The notes under the pieces: model-generated
Seen by the model: only the letters and a program-made list of their open reading frames with translations
Databases searched by the model: none
Told to the model about the DNA's origin: nothing
Made by a program: the position numbers and the translations under genes
Source: an uncultured virus (IMG/VR IMGVR_UViG_3300045609_000049)
Lineage: Duplodnaviria > Heunggongvirae > Uroviricota > Caudoviricetes
Direction: 5' to 3' (one strand)
Length of the DNA: 64,000 nucleotides
Virus record (IMG/VR): IMGVR_UViG_3300045609_000049
Part shown: positions 39,205-48,432 of the stretch, in pieces
Position numbering within the stretch: the stretch's first letter is position 1
How the letters are laid out: every line of letters begins with the position of its first letter

Positions 39205-39585
39205 ATGAAGAAAACTATTGCAGATGTAAAGGTAGGAGATTTAGTTCTTGGTACCGATGGTAAATTCCATAAAGTTATTGAAAAGACTACAGCTAAACTC
39301 TCCTACCACATGTATGAAATAGAATTTAGCAATGGTAAAGTCAAATGTTCTAATGTACATCAATGGAATGTATTTATCAAAAACAAGATGTATATGATTG
39401 ACGCTGAAGGTATTTATCAAGAATTTGATTGGTACAAGGGTCGACATGTTGGAACTAACGATGGACCAACGATTGTTAATATTAGAAAAATTGAACCTGA
39501 AATTGTGCAGTGTATAACTACTGACGCACCTGACCATCAGTTTGCTATTTATACTGAAGGTGGCGCTGTTTGTAACGATAACTAA
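39205..39585 (+). CDS. Stand-alone intein middle piece (class-3-like; blocks B and F, no block A, no HN end)
   Basis: TIADVKVGDLVLGTDG, MYEIEFSNG, HQW, IVQCITTDAPDHQF. Confidence 0.8.
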   Translation: MKKTIADVKVGDLVLGTDGKFHKVIEKTTAKLSYHMYEIEFSNGKVKCSNVHQWNVFIKNKMYMIDAEGIYQEFDWYKGRHVGTNDGPTIVNIRKIEPEIVQCITTDAPDHQFAIYTEGGAVCNDN

Positions 39586-39979
39586 TATTTGAAAAAGGAT
39601 TGGGTAGAACGATGAAAAATGAAAATTTTAAGCGTTTATATAAACAAGTATTTGACGTAAACGGAAATATTACTGCATGCGGACGTGAAAAATGCATAGA
39701 ACTTATGCTAGCGGCAAATAAAATTAAAACTGGTAACTATGGTGATACGAATTCTGGACGATTAAATATTGAGAACGTTAAAGAACTCTATGAAGAATTA
39801 TGATAAGGACAAAAGCTTAGCCCTTATTATAACTGCAAATAATATTGGAGACGAGAAATATGGAGAGCTTGATTTTGGTCGTTTAGATATTGATGCGGTA
39901 AAGAGAATATATACCAAACTATTTACAACTTATTGTAAACGTGTTATAATAAATTTATAAAGAATATGGAGGCTTTGAC

Positions 39980-40507
39980 ATGAGAATCAGAACTGAATGT
40001 AAATTTAAGACATCACTTACTACTGAAAATAGTAGTATTGATGGTTGGGATGAATATATTGAGTATCTTAATGATATTATCCACAAGCGACTTGGCGGTA
40101 AATACGTAAAAGCTATTTACGAGTCTGATGAGTTTGGTACGCTTGCGATTACTGTAGGAATCTACACATTTATCGATGATACAGACGGTAAAGCCAGTAT
40201 TCTTGTCTGGATTAAACCTAAGAATGAAGAGCTTGAATATAATGATGATGATTGGTATGATTACATGACCGCATCCAATGGATTTGTAGAATTTATCGAA
40301 TCTAAGGTCGCAGAGTTTGTTGAACTTGTAAATACTACTATCAAGGATATTCAATTTCCTAAGAATGAGAATCTAGTCTTTAAGAATGAACAATTCTATA
40401 TGGAAATTAGTCCTATTTATCCAAATTATATACCTGAATATGTTCCATTCCAAATTGATACATATATCAATAGGGATGACATCATTGATAACTTGCTGCT
40501 ATGTTAA
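39980..40507 (+). CDS. Hypothetical protein
   Basis: Promoter, RBS, 175-aa ORF. Confidence 0.65.
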   Translation: MRIRTECKFKTSLTTENSSIDGWDEYIEYLNDIIHKRLGGKYVKAIYESDEFGTLAITVGIYTFIDDTDGKASILVWIKPKNEELEYNDDDWYDYMTASNGFVEFIESKVAEFVELVNTTIKDIQFPKNENLVFKNEQFYMEISPIYPNYIPEYVPFQIDTYINRDDIIDNLLLC

Positions 40508-40603
40508 TGGCGTAAAATAATAATATTTGAAATCTTGTAAATGATTTGAATTATTACTGCAAGATTAGCGATATTTATGTTGATACAATGGAGGAAACGA
40601 AAA

Positions 40604-41098
40604 ATGATTGAGATTAGATCTTCAATTTTTGAAACTAACAGTTCTAGTGTTCATGTATTAGTAATTCCAAAAGATACTTCTATCAGTATACCACACAAAG
40701 TATTTCTTCGGGGTGGAGAATATGGATGGAGCTTTGGTACTGAATATGATACATTAAACTATTTTTACCAGGCTCGTGTAGATCATGGCAGAGAAGAGCT
40801 TGAGAAGTTCTTTGAATATCTTAAAAGCAAGGGTGTAGAAGAAATTCATGCCCCAGAAATTAACTGGATAAAGACCGACTGGGGTGGTCAAGAGTATGAG
40901 TATGCCGAAAATAGTGATGGTTGTATCGATCATTATGAAGGAATACCTCTAGATGAACTTTTCGCTAATGAAAATCTTCTTGATAGATTCTTATTTGGAG
41001 GCTCATTTGTTGAAACTGGTAATGATAATGTTGAAGGATGTCCAGATGAACGTAATTATGACCCTAATATTTATGATACAATTGAGAAAGGAAATTAA
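40604..41098 (+). CDS. Hypothetical protein (FETNSSS family), paralog of 46534-47004
   Basis: MIxxRxxxFETNSSSxxVLxIP shared. Confidence 0.7.
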   Translation: MIEIRSSIFETNSSSVHVLVIPKDTSISIPHKVFLRGGEYGWSFGTEYDTLNYFYQARVDHGREELEKFFEYLKSKGVEEIHAPEINWIKTDWGGQEYEYAENSDGCIDHYEGIPLDELFANENLLDRFLFGGSFVETGNDNVEGCPDERNYDPNIYDTIEKGN

Positions 41099-41100
41099 GT

Positions 41101-41433
41101 ATGGAAAGAATCGATTGGCATGAAGCAAAAGAATACTTAAGAGAATTCAACAGGCAACATGGTTACAAATGCAGTAATAGTGGTTGTAGTGAAACTGCAC
41201 ACATTGTTGTTGTTTTTACTGCAGATAGTTTTGATGAAGAATATTCAGAAGAATCTAGAAGCTATATTGTGTCAAGCAATAACAAAGCTTTCCTTGATGG
41301 AATGATTGGTTATTCAATCTATGCATCTTGTCTTGATGGAACTGATCCATGCGTAAGACTTGAGGCGTATATGCGCGATGAGTATGGTGGAGAAGGCTGT
41401 TGGAAAGTAGAGTACTGTTACATTAAAGACTAA
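41101..41433 (+). CDS. Hypothetical protein
   Basis: 110-aa ORF following the upstream gene. Confidence 0.65.
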   Translation: MERIDWHEAKEYLREFNRQHGYKCSNSGCSETAHIVVVFTADSFDEEYSEESRSYIVSSNNKAFLDGMIGYSIYASCLDGTDPCVRLEAYMRDEYGGEGCWKVEYCYIKD

Positions 41434-41497
41434 GGTGTCGATTATATGCAAAAGTATGTGCTCTTTTACATGATTAGGAATATTTAGATAAAGTTTA

Positions 41498-41908
41498 ATG
41501 GGGAGGTATTTAGAGATGGCAACAAATATTGAAGAAATGAAAGAATGGGCTGAGAAAGTTCCTATGGAAGATCTTTTCTCAGAGTTAAGACGAATTACTA
41601 GTTTATCTGATCTTAAATTTACTTATAGAGTAGTTGAGCGAAATAATTCTGTTCGTATTTTATTTGAATCACAAGATCTTGTAGATAAAGTTGGTTTTCT
41701 TAAACTTATGTTTAAGAAAATTGTTATTTCACAGTTTAATTCAGAAGTAGCATATAAAGCTTATGAAGGTGAAGAGCCCGCATACCATTTCTGGGGAACT
41801 GCAGACTTTTCATACGCACATCCATCCGGTGGTTCTAATGGTTGTACATTCTTAACTTTCTGGTATGATGATCGTAAAGGTTGGACTTTTGATCAGAGAG
41901 GATGGTGA
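41498..41908 (+). CDS. Hypothetical protein
   Basis: ORF with RBS (likely start 41516). Confidence 0.65.
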   Translation: MGRYLEMATNIEEMKEWAEKVPMEDLFSELRRITSLSDLKFTYRVVERNNSVRILFESQDLVDKVGFLKLMFKKIVISQFNSEVAYKAYEGEEPAYHFWGTADFSYAHPSGGSNGCTFLTFWYDDRKGWTFDQRGW

Positions 41909-42043
41909 TGAAGTGACTTCGCACTCAGCTAAAGACTAAGCACTTTTCTTGGCTGTTATATATAAAAGCTTCAGAAGAAACTTTATATGTACTTACTAAT
42001 CATGAAGAAACTAGACTTATGCATTGAGACTATTTAATAATAC

Positions 42044-42103
42044 AGCAGGTAGCTTTGGTCTAGCTAACCAAAGAGATAATGATGCCTTAATCATTAAGCT
42101 GCT
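42044..42103 (+). ncRNA. Candidate structured RNA, copy 1
   Basis: Three stems with compensatory changes relative to the copy at 43910-43968. Confidence 0.55.
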
Positions 42104-42132
42104 TTATTTTATTTCTATTAAGGAGAAATATC

Positions 42133-43008
42133 ATGAAATGTCGTATATGTGGAAAAGAAATGGAAAAAGGTCATAGTTGGAAACATCATTTATCGTCCCA
42201 ACAATATTATGATCAGTATATTAAAACTGAAACTGATGGTATATGTAAAGTATGTAAAAGTCCTACTTCTTGGCATAAACAAAAATTTTGTTATGACGAG
42301 TATTGTAAAGACCATCAACCTAAAAAGATTCATAGTTTATACAATAATAGAGATAAAGCTATTGCCACATGTAAAGAAAAATTTGATGGTAAATTAAATT
42401 CTGGTGCATGGAATACTAGAAATCAAAGATTAGATCAATTTGAAAAGGATCATAATTGTACAAGAACTAAAAAGTTAATTCAGCAATATGGTCAAGGTTG
42501 GTTAGCCTTAAACTTGCCTAGAATATATTGTGGTAAACAAAATACGTTTATTAGTAATGACTATTTACATCAAATTGTAGAATATTCTACACATAAACAT
42601 GTAAATCTAAAAGGTAAAGCTGAGTCATATATACTTGAACATTTACAATATGATGGACAAATTCAGCCTAACAATCGTAAAATCATTCATCCAAAAGAAT
42701 TAGATATTTATATTCCTGATCTAAAGCTTGCTATAGAATTTAATGGTACTTATTGGCATGCAGAAGAACGTCAAAATAATATTTATATTCATAGAGAAAA
42801 ATCTATATTATGTCATGAAAAAGGAATTAGACTAATTCATATATTTGAATTTGAAGATTTAGACGAACAAATTGACAAAATAAATCAGTTAATTTTAGGA
42901 AATGACTTATTTGAACAAACATTTACTAAGAATAGTCTGTTAGACGTTCCTAAGTTAGATCCTATTATTATATATAAAGACGAAAAGAGCACATTATATA
43001 GTGCTTAA
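42133..43008 (+). CDS. Free-standing zinc-finger/PD-(D/E)XK endonuclease
   Basis: MKCRICG; ELDIYIPDLKLAIEFNGTYWH; RLIHIFEFE. Confidence 0.82.
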   Translation: MKCRICGKEMEKGHSWKHHLSSQQYYDQYIKTETDGICKVCKSPTSWHKQKFCYDEYCKDHQPKKIHSLYNNRDKAIATCKEKFDGKLNSGAWNTRNQRLDQFEKDHNCTRTKKLIQQYGQGWLALNLPRIYCGKQNTFISNDYLHQIVEYSTHKHVNLKGKAESYILEHLQYDGQIQPNNRKIIHPKELDIYIPDLKLAIEFNGTYWHAEERQNNIYIHREKSILCHEKGIRLIHIFEFEDLDEQIDKINQLILGNDLFEQTFTKNSLLDVPKLDPIIIYKDEKSTLYSA

Positions 43009-43058
43009 TGACTTCTAATATAGAAAATCTATGTCATGGAAAGGAGTTGATGATTACA

Positions 43059-43904
43059 ATGGAGACAGTTAAAAGAGGACTCATTTCGCACAACAGCGTT
43101 ACTTTGAGGAATGTCATATTCCATTGTATTTAGGCGAAAGCCTAAAATAAATCGAACATAATAATAAAATATCGGTCGCGTTGGTAGACATAAAGCAAAC
43201 GGAGTGCGTTTTTAAAGGATGAAGCTCCCGCGTATGGTGACATGCGTGAAAAATTCCCTATTGAATTGCTGGAACAGTATTCTTATAATGAATACGAACC
43301 TAATGCCAAATTAGCTACAACGTAAGAGAAATACTAAGCGTGATATGCAGCGAAAGCAGAAAAAATAATTTGGATGACCTATGGTTAAATCCTAAGGGTT
43401 AGTAGAATGGAAAATCAGCCGCCAAGTCTTGGTAACAGAGACAGGTTCAACGACTATCGAAAGCTATAGGACCTGAAATACGGTATGAAAATAAGGCATT
43501 TGCACGAAGTAAGTAGAGTAGAGCCAATATGGTTAGCATTTAGATGAGATTAGTCTAATATAAGTCTATTAAATCGAAGTGGTAGGGTTCTCTAATTAGA
43601 GAATATGATATAGTCTAATAATGTTTATCCTTTTAAGGGTATGAATGGTGTAGTAGCAGTTGCAAACTCGGTTCAAGAAGCAGCTGAGGTTTTGAGAATT
43701 GGTAGAGCCGTAATGTATTCTCGTAACAAGAAGCTTCAACAAATTGGATTAAATGATATGGCTTCCTATCAGCCGACTTTGTGGACTGGTAAGATTTGGA
43801 TTACTGGTCGTGAGTTTGATAAGGATGAGATGATCAAAGTTCGTGTTGCTGGCGAGGAAAAAGAAATGACAGCACTCGAAATTTACGAGTATTTGTACAA
43901 CTAA
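43059..43904 (+). CDS. FtsK-like ATPase 2, middle fragment with a 12-aa intein C-piece; segments 43059-43130, 43154-43205, 43624-43904
   Basis: METVKRGLISHN-SVTLRNVIFHCI/EHNNKISVALVDIKQTE/FYPFKGMNGVVAVA aligns without gaps to ATPase 1 SVCEQSIVGHV...VDCKRVEFNLLRGVKGVKGVA. Confidence 0.7.
43206..43623 (+). mobile_element. Group I intron, no ORF
   Basis: P1 ggagt/gctcc; P10 taaaggatgaa pairs with tttatcctttt; core motifs; terminal G. Confidence 0.85.
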
Positions 43905-43909
43905 TATAT

Positions 43910-43968
43910 TGTGGGTAGCGTTAGTCTAGCTAACTAACGAGATAATGTTGCTTACTCAACAAGCCACA
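43910..43968 (+). ncRNA. Candidate structured RNA, copy 2
   Basis: Same unpaired sequences as 42044-42103 with different but paired stems. Confidence 0.55.
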
Positions 43969-43998
43969 TTATATTTTTTCTTAGTAGGGAGAAATATT

Positions 43999-45972
43999 AT
44001 GGTTAAATGTTTAGAATGTGGTCGAGAATTTAATAGTAATAATGGTTTATCTCGACATATAGGCGTTCATATGAATCAAGAAGAATATTTTGATAAATAC
44101 TTACGAACATCCGAACAAGAAGGAAAATGTGTTATATGTGGAAAACCTACTAGATTTAGAAATTTTGTATATTCTAATTGCTGTAGCCAGTCCTGTAGAA
44201 ATACGTGGATAAATCAAAATAGGTCTGAGGAAGAAAGACAAGAATTGTCTAAAAAGATACGTAATGCCCATAGAACTGAAGACGTTTTATCTAAGACTAA
44301 ACAAACTAATATAGAAAGATATGGAGTTCTTTATACAACTCAAAATTCAGATGTTCAAGAGAAACGCAGACAAACTTGTCAAGAAAAATATGGTACAGAC
44401 TATTCATTTCAAGCTGAATGTGTAAAAGAAAAGATTCAGCAGTCTATACACGAACATTATGGTGAGAACGGTCTTGGAGCAGCAGAAGTTAGACATAAAA
44501 CTATTGCTACATGCCAAGAACGATATGGCACCAATAATGGCGGTGCTTCACAACAAGCACAAGAGAAAATTAAAAAAACTACTTTAGAACATTATGGGGT
44601 AGAATCGTCTTTTCAAGCCAATGAAGTAAAAGATAAAATTAAGAAAACTTGTCAAGAAAAATATAGTGTAGATTATGCTAGTCAAGCAGAAGTAGTTAAA
44701 ACAAAAATTGTTAAAACAACATTAGATAGATATGGAGTTAGATGTCAATATCAACGTTCAGACTTGCGAGCAAAACTATCCGATCCAGGCGTTATTGCTA
44801 AAAAATATGAAACTAAACGTAAGAATGGAACGTTTAACACCTCTAAACCAGAAGACAGATGCTATGAATTACTTCAATCAATCTTTCCAAATGCTAAAAG
44901 ACCATATAAGTCTGAACAATATCCATATCTATGTGATTTTTATGTACCAGAACTAGATTTATACATAGAGTGTCATTTTTTCTGGACACATGGTGGACAC
45001 TTTTTCGATAAAAATAATCCTGAAGATCTGGCTATTGTAGAAGAATGGAAATCTAAACACGCAAATTTTTATGATAATGCTATTCGAAATTGGGCTGTTA
45101 GAGACTTAGAAAAGCTTGAATGTGCTCATAGAAATAATCTTAAATATTTAGTATGTTGGTCAGAAGAAGAGTTTATGTCTATATTTGATAGAGACTTTTC
45201 TGAACATGATGAGCTTTCAGATAAAATTAAGAATGTAACTCAAGTGACTAAACTTGCTAATTGGAATGAGTACTTTAAGCGTGAAATTGAAATGCTTGAT
45301 AATCCATTAGTATTAGGTGAGTTATTTATCAATAGATATAAGTATTTAGGCAAGTTACCACATCAACTGTCTAATCTTGCCTTATTGAATGGACTTAGTA
45401 TTTCTGGTAAACTTCGAAAGTACAGTACATTTGATAATACTGGCATGATTCAGTTTATTGAAAAATATAAACCTTCTACTATATTTGACCCTTGTGCCGG
45501 TTGGGGCGAAAGACTTCTAACTTGTCATGTCAATGGAATTAAATATATAGGCCACGATATAAATCAAACTGTTGTAGAAGGTCAAAATGAACTAATTAAA
45601 AAATACAATATAGACGCAAAAGTCACTTGTATGGATTCTATTATGGATATGAGTCATTATGATTGTTTATTCACTTGTCCACCTTATTGGAATACAGAGG
45701 TTTATACTAGTATAGGCGTAGAAAATCTTGAGTATGACAAGTTTTTGCAGTGGTGGAAAAGTATTATTGAAAACTCATCTAGTAATTTTGTAGCCTATCA
45801 AATCAATCAAAAATATAAAGACGACATGAACCAACAAATTTTAGATTTAGGATATAGATTTACAGAAGAAATCATTTTGCCACAAAAGAGCTCTCATTTC
45901 ACTAGAAAAGCTGGAAATCAAAAACGAGAATTTGAGAGTATTCAAGTGTTTAGTAAACTAACTCAAGCTTAA
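43999..45972 (+). CDS. Zinc-finger/PD-(D/E)XK endonuclease fused to an amino-DNA methyltransferase-like domain
   Basis: YPYLCDFYVP...IECHFFWTHG, then FDPCAGWG (motif I) and FTCPPYW (motif IV). Confidence 0.78.
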   Translation: MVKCLECGREFNSNNGLSRHIGVHMNQEEYFDKYLRTSEQEGKCVICGKPTRFRNFVYSNCCSQSCRNTWINQNRSEEERQELSKKIRNAHRTEDVLSKTKQTNIERYGVLYTTQNSDVQEKRRQTCQEKYGTDYSFQAECVKEKIQQSIHEHYGENGLGAAEVRHKTIATCQERYGTNNGGASQQAQEKIKKTTLEHYGVESSFQANEVKDKIKKTCQEKYSVDYASQAEVVKTKIVKTTLDRYGVRCQYQRSDLRAKLSDPGVIAKKYETKRKNGTFNTSKPEDRCYELLQSIFPNAKRPYKSEQYPYLCDFYVPELDLYIECHFFWTHGGHFFDKNNPEDLAIVEEWKSKHANFYDNAIRNWAVRDLEKLECAHRNNLKYLVCWSEEEFMSIFDRDFSEHDELSDKIKNVTQVTKLANWNEYFKREIEMLDNPLVLGELFINRYKYLGKLPHQLSNLALLNGLSISGKLRKYSTFDNTGMIQFIEKYKPSTIFDPCAGWGERLLTCHVNGIKYIGHDINQTVVEGQNELIKKYNIDAKVTCMDSIMDMSHYDCLFTCPPYWNTEVYTSIGVENLEYDKFLQWWKSIIENSSSNFVAYQINQKYKDDMNQQILDLGYRFTEEIILPQKSSHFTRKAGNQKREFESIQVFSKLTQA

Positions 45973-46007
45973 ACGATACTACAATCGTTTATTTATAAAA
46001 TGTCAGT

Positions 46008-46044
46008 AAGAAAACCCACTACATTTAGGTGATGGGTGGTTCAC
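46008..46044 (+). mobile_element. Collapsed IS200/IS605-type end hairpin
   Basis: aagaaaacccactacatttaggtgatgggtggttcac looks like fused left and right ends of the 15397 element. Confidence 0.55.
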
Positions 46045-46533
46045 TAGAATGGAGAAGAACATATGTCATTATTAGAAACAATTGAAAACCTAAAACAAAC
46101 TAGAAAATATTCTATTGATCAAATCTATGATATTGCTACTAAAATTGAGGAAGAATTGGGACCTGCAGAAATGTGGAATACTTTAGGACCTGCATTTACT
46201 ACAGATGAATTAATAGAAAATTTAGAGTATATTGCTAAGGAACACGATTTATAAAGAACATATTAATTAAAAGCTATTTAATATTATAAGGATGAATGTG
46301 AACAATGACTAATTTAGTAATAGGTTAGTCATTTCTTTTGAAGGGAGTAAAATATGAAAACAGCTGAAATATACAAGAAACATATTGCTAATCATGGAAA
46401 TGACTATGAATATTATGTAGTTATTTTTTATAATGGAATACCTGAAGATGTAAGTAGGTATTGTCATACGTATGAAGAAGCTTTAGATTGGGCAAGAGCT
46501 CATAATGCAAAAGTAGAGGAGGAGGAAAAATAA

Positions 46534-47004
46534 ATGATTCAAGTACGTTATAATCAATTTGAAACAAATAGTTCTAGTGCAAATGTTCTAATTATTCCGA
46601 GATTTCAGAATATTCATGTACCAAAACGATTCATCTATATGGACGATGAAACGTCTACTAGACCACCTGAATTAGTGATCTATGAGATTATTCATGGTTG
46701 GAAATCTAATCGAGATGATATAGATAAGATTGTTAATTTTCTTTACTTTAATGGAGTTGAAGAAATAGTATATGGTGGACATGATAGATATTTTGAAGAA
46801 GCTATCGATAAATATCGTAATTGTCCAGAAGATCTTGGTGTACCAAATGGTTGGGACAAACCACAGCTTATGGGTGCATTATTTGGATCTGACACAGAAG
46901 TTCAGTATTTTGCAGATGGTGACGATGATTGTCCTAATGTCGACCCACAGTCAAAATACAGATATGATGAAGAAAATTGGTATAAAGAATATCCGGCAAA
47001 TTAA
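46534..47004 (+). CDS. Hypothetical protein (FETNSSS family)
   Basis: Paralog of 40604-41098. Confidence 0.7.
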   Translation: MIQVRYNQFETNSSSANVLIIPRFQNIHVPKRFIYMDDETSTRPPELVIYEIIHGWKSNRDDIDKIVNFLYFNGVEEIVYGGHDRYFEEAIDKYRNCPEDLGVPNGWDKPQLMGALFGSDTEVQYFADGDDDCPNVDPQSKYRYDEENWYKEYPAN

Positions 47005-47053
47005 GGAGAATTATTATGGTAGTTCAAACTCAATGTGGTTTATTGTAATAATG

Positions 47054-47074
47054 TACGTATGTAGAGGTTATTCT
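47054..47074 (+). repeat. Isolated partial CRISPR repeat
   Basis: tacgtatgtagaggttattct equals the 3' 21 nt of the repeat. Confidence 0.65.
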
Positions 47075-47187
47075 AATATTCAACTTAGTCCAATATAAAA
47101 ATTTCAAATAGTTATTTACAAATAGGGATTGACATGATATAATAACTATATCAAATAAATGAACCTATAATTCGAAAGGAGAAAATC

Positions 47188-48330
47188 ATGAATTTATTCG
47201 AAATGCTTTCAACAAAGAAGTTTACACCTGCAGGAAATATCGACGAGAGATACTTCCAGAAGAATGATGATGGTACTTATAGTGCTACACCGCTTTTTAT
47301 GCATAATATTGCAAGAGACGTAGCAGCCGATATTAAGGCAATTATCATTGGAACAGACGATCCCAACTACGTAGCACACTCTGACAATAAGGGTGCTGGT
47401 TATGATAAGATTGATACTTGGGAGAAGCATGAGCACGATTCAGCTTGGGGAGTTAAGTATAAGGCACAGATCGATGCTGCAGATAAGAAGTGGAAGGAGT
47501 ACAGAAACGCACATCTTGATGAGTTCGATTCGAATACATCTACTGTAGCTGTTGGTGATATTCCTACTGCAAGATTTTTCTCAGCTTATCATCCTGATTT
47601 CTCTGGTATGTCAAATGCAGATCTTATGAGTATGTATAAAGAAGCGGTTGAACTTAATAAGAGATATGGAGATAATGATGATCTTCGTGGTACTCTTCCT
47701 CAGAGACCTGGTAACTTACTCAGTAAGCCTGAATTTAAGGATGCTCATTCAGCAATTAGAAGAAAGATTGCTGAAGAAGTTGGTCTTCCTGAAGATGACT
47801 ACAATGCACCTACAATTCATGCAGATGATCGTGCATCTCTTATCAGATCTAACTCTAAGGTGTATAAAGCAATTCCTAATGCAGATGGTTCTATGTTTGA
47901 AGATTATGTTAACGGTCTTACTGCACATCTTACCAGCTCTACACCTGAAGCATATCAGAAGGAATGGGAAGAGCTTTACACTAACATCGAAGATGTATGT
48001 GATAATCTTACACGTGGTGGTAGAGGTACAAAACTGGTTGTTTCAAGAAGTAATCGTAAGAATGCGATGAATGTATCTATCTACACAGCTGATAAGGATG
48101 GTAGTGATAATGGCAGACGTAGACTTGCAAGTATTTCTAAGGTTGAACCTGCCGACGCATTCTACACAGTCACACTCTATATCACATCTGGTGGTAAGAG
48201 ACCTGTAAGACAGATTGCTACAAAGTCTGAACTTAGAAAAACTCTTGAAGATCTTATCGAAGTACTTGAAGATAATGATCTTGGTGAGTATGTTGATTGT
48301 GTACAGAACGCTATTGATGCAATCTGCTAA
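47188..48330 (+). CDS. Hypothetical protein, paralog of 36592-37362
   Basis: Shared N-terminal domain plus extra C-terminal region; promoter and terminator. Confidence 0.75.
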   Translation: MNLFEMLSTKKFTPAGNIDERYFQKNDDGTYSATPLFMHNIARDVAADIKAIIIGTDDPNYVAHSDNKGAGYDKIDTWEKHEHDSAWGVKYKAQIDAADKKWKEYRNAHLDEFDSNTSTVAVGDIPTARFFSAYHPDFSGMSNADLMSMYKEAVELNKRYGDNDDLRGTLPQRPGNLLSKPEFKDAHSAIRRKIAEEVGLPEDDYNAPTIHADDRASLIRSNSKVYKAIPNADGSMFEDYVNGLTAHLTSSTPEAYQKEWEELYTNIEDVCDNLTRGGRGTKLVVSRSNRKNAMNVSIYTADKDGSDNGRRRLASISKVEPADAFYTVTLYITSGGKRPVRQIATKSELRKTLEDLIEVLEDNDLGEYVDCVQNAIDAIC

Positions 48331-48432
48331 GTTTTAACATAAACAAAAAACCTTGAGGCGCATTGCGAAAGTGATGCGCCTTTTATGTTGCTCAAGAGCT
48401 ATTTAAAAATATAAATAAGCAAAGGAGCAAAA

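Noticed and set aside
38589..43133. Stop-codon reassignment suggested by in-frame TGA 38760 and TAG 43131
   Set aside because: Long genes are intact in the standard code and TAG/TGA end many genes; reading through TAG 43131 does not restore the frame
43825..43904. DEMIKVRVAGEEKEMTALEIYE resembles an intein N-terminal segment
   Set aside because: No Cys/Ser at the expected position 1, and the equivalent segment in ATPase 1 is internal; too weak to call
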